The notes below the pieces were generated by a model. The model was not told where the DNA came from and searched no databases. It saw only the letters and a list, made by a program, of their open reading frames with translations. A program made the position numbers and the translations under genes. Shown one piece after another: positions 63,031 to 64,000 of a stretch of DNA of 64,000 nucleotides. The DNA is from Vicugna vicugna (taxonomy: Eukaryota). The stretch is from positions 1,426,001 through 1,490,000 of the forward strand of contig MU058444.1 in assembly GCA_013265495.1 (NCBI GenBank), given 5' to 3'. The first letter of the stretch is position 1; each line of letters opens with the position of its first letter.

Positions 63031-64000
63031 AGTGTGGAGTGGTTCAAGTGACAACCCGTATTTGCAGGATCCATCACTTTGTAGACGGCAAAGCAGGGCC
63101 ATGGTACCCGGTGGTGATGACCAAAATTGCTCTGGTCTTTCTAGCAGACGATACACTTCTCAAAGGAGGTATTATGTCCCATCCTTCCTTATGTCCCTCT
63201 GAGCATGGGGCATAGTGGCCTGAACTGTTAGTGTTGTGTTCTGTTTGCATCTTTTGCTATTTTAATAGAATAAAGCAAAAGGAAAGTCATTTATCATTTT
63301 CTTCTTGTAATTATCCTTTCCCCATTCCAAGCAGCTAGGCAGACCTCGGTGCTACCTTTTCCTTCGGGGGATGACTGTGTTTTAAGACAGAAAACAGAGG
63401 TTGCCTGTAGGCCCCCTCCCTGCCTGGCTTTTTTTTAAGCCTCTAACTTAATGCCGTTGATGGCATTATGCTGGGTGTGTCAGAGCTGGAAAGAGGGGTG
63501 TTCAATGCTTTTGAGGGGAGATGAGTGAGAGCAGCAAGATGGAACAGAAAGATTCCCCAAGACTCTGATGGAGCACGGAGCCAGGTCCATCTTGAAGACA
63601 GTGGGTGGTGACCTCTGAACAGGATATGGAAAGTGGGCTTCCAAGCCCAGGCAATGCTACTGGAATATACCTGGAGGGAGAGATTGGCCAACGAGCCACT
63701 GGATTTCATAGGAATCTGTGGGCTTGGAAAACAGAGGGTACTTCTGCTTTTCTTAACAAGACTTTGTATCATAATTTAAAACATGTGCATGCATAATGTT
63801 GATAAAAAAATAAAAACCCAGAAGGACTAAGAATTACAAAAAGTACTTGTTCATTTTAAACACTAGACATGGCTATCGTGTTATTACTCCAATCAGACGT
63901 CACACCAAGCATCTGATAAGAAGCAATTTCCTTGTTCTGTCTAGTAAATCACAGGAAAAAATGCATTTAAAAGTATGAAAAAGCTTTCTTTTGTTTAAGT

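Noticed and set aside
1..64000. A previously undescribed multi-gene system
   Set aside because: Everything recognisable is explained by two BMP5 exons, introns and common mammalian repeats. No additional credible coding or structured RNA genes were found by eye.

Overview
Mammalian genomic DNA, most likely camelid (alpaca/camel-type tRNA-derived SINEs and L1 3' ends). The whole window appears to lie inside the BMP5 gene on the minus strand. Two coding exons are present with canonical GT-AG boundaries: exon 2 (33190-33382, 193 nt) and exon 3 (17383-17531, 149 nt), both encoding the TGF-beta-family prodomain. I found no other BMP5 exons, so exon 1 should lie beyond the right edge and exons 4-7 beyond the left edge. 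The rest is AT-rich intron with a typical eutherian repeat load: young 5'-truncated L1s with target-site duplications (TSDs), Vic-1-like SINEs, ERV1 solo LTRs, an ERVL pol+LTR remnant, MLT1, HAL1, L2, MIR, CR1/L3, and hAT and Tigger fossils. The supplied ORF track is almost entirely spurious and misses both real exons. I see no novel multi-gene system. The most interesting local features are a (TTTC)13 microsatellite that forms the polypyrimidine tract of exon 2, an 87-bp local duplication fused to an L1 tail, stacked SINEs with a triplicated target site, and several candidate skeletal enhancers. Repeat-family names come from recalled consensus sequences, not from a database search, and boundaries without TSDs are approximate.
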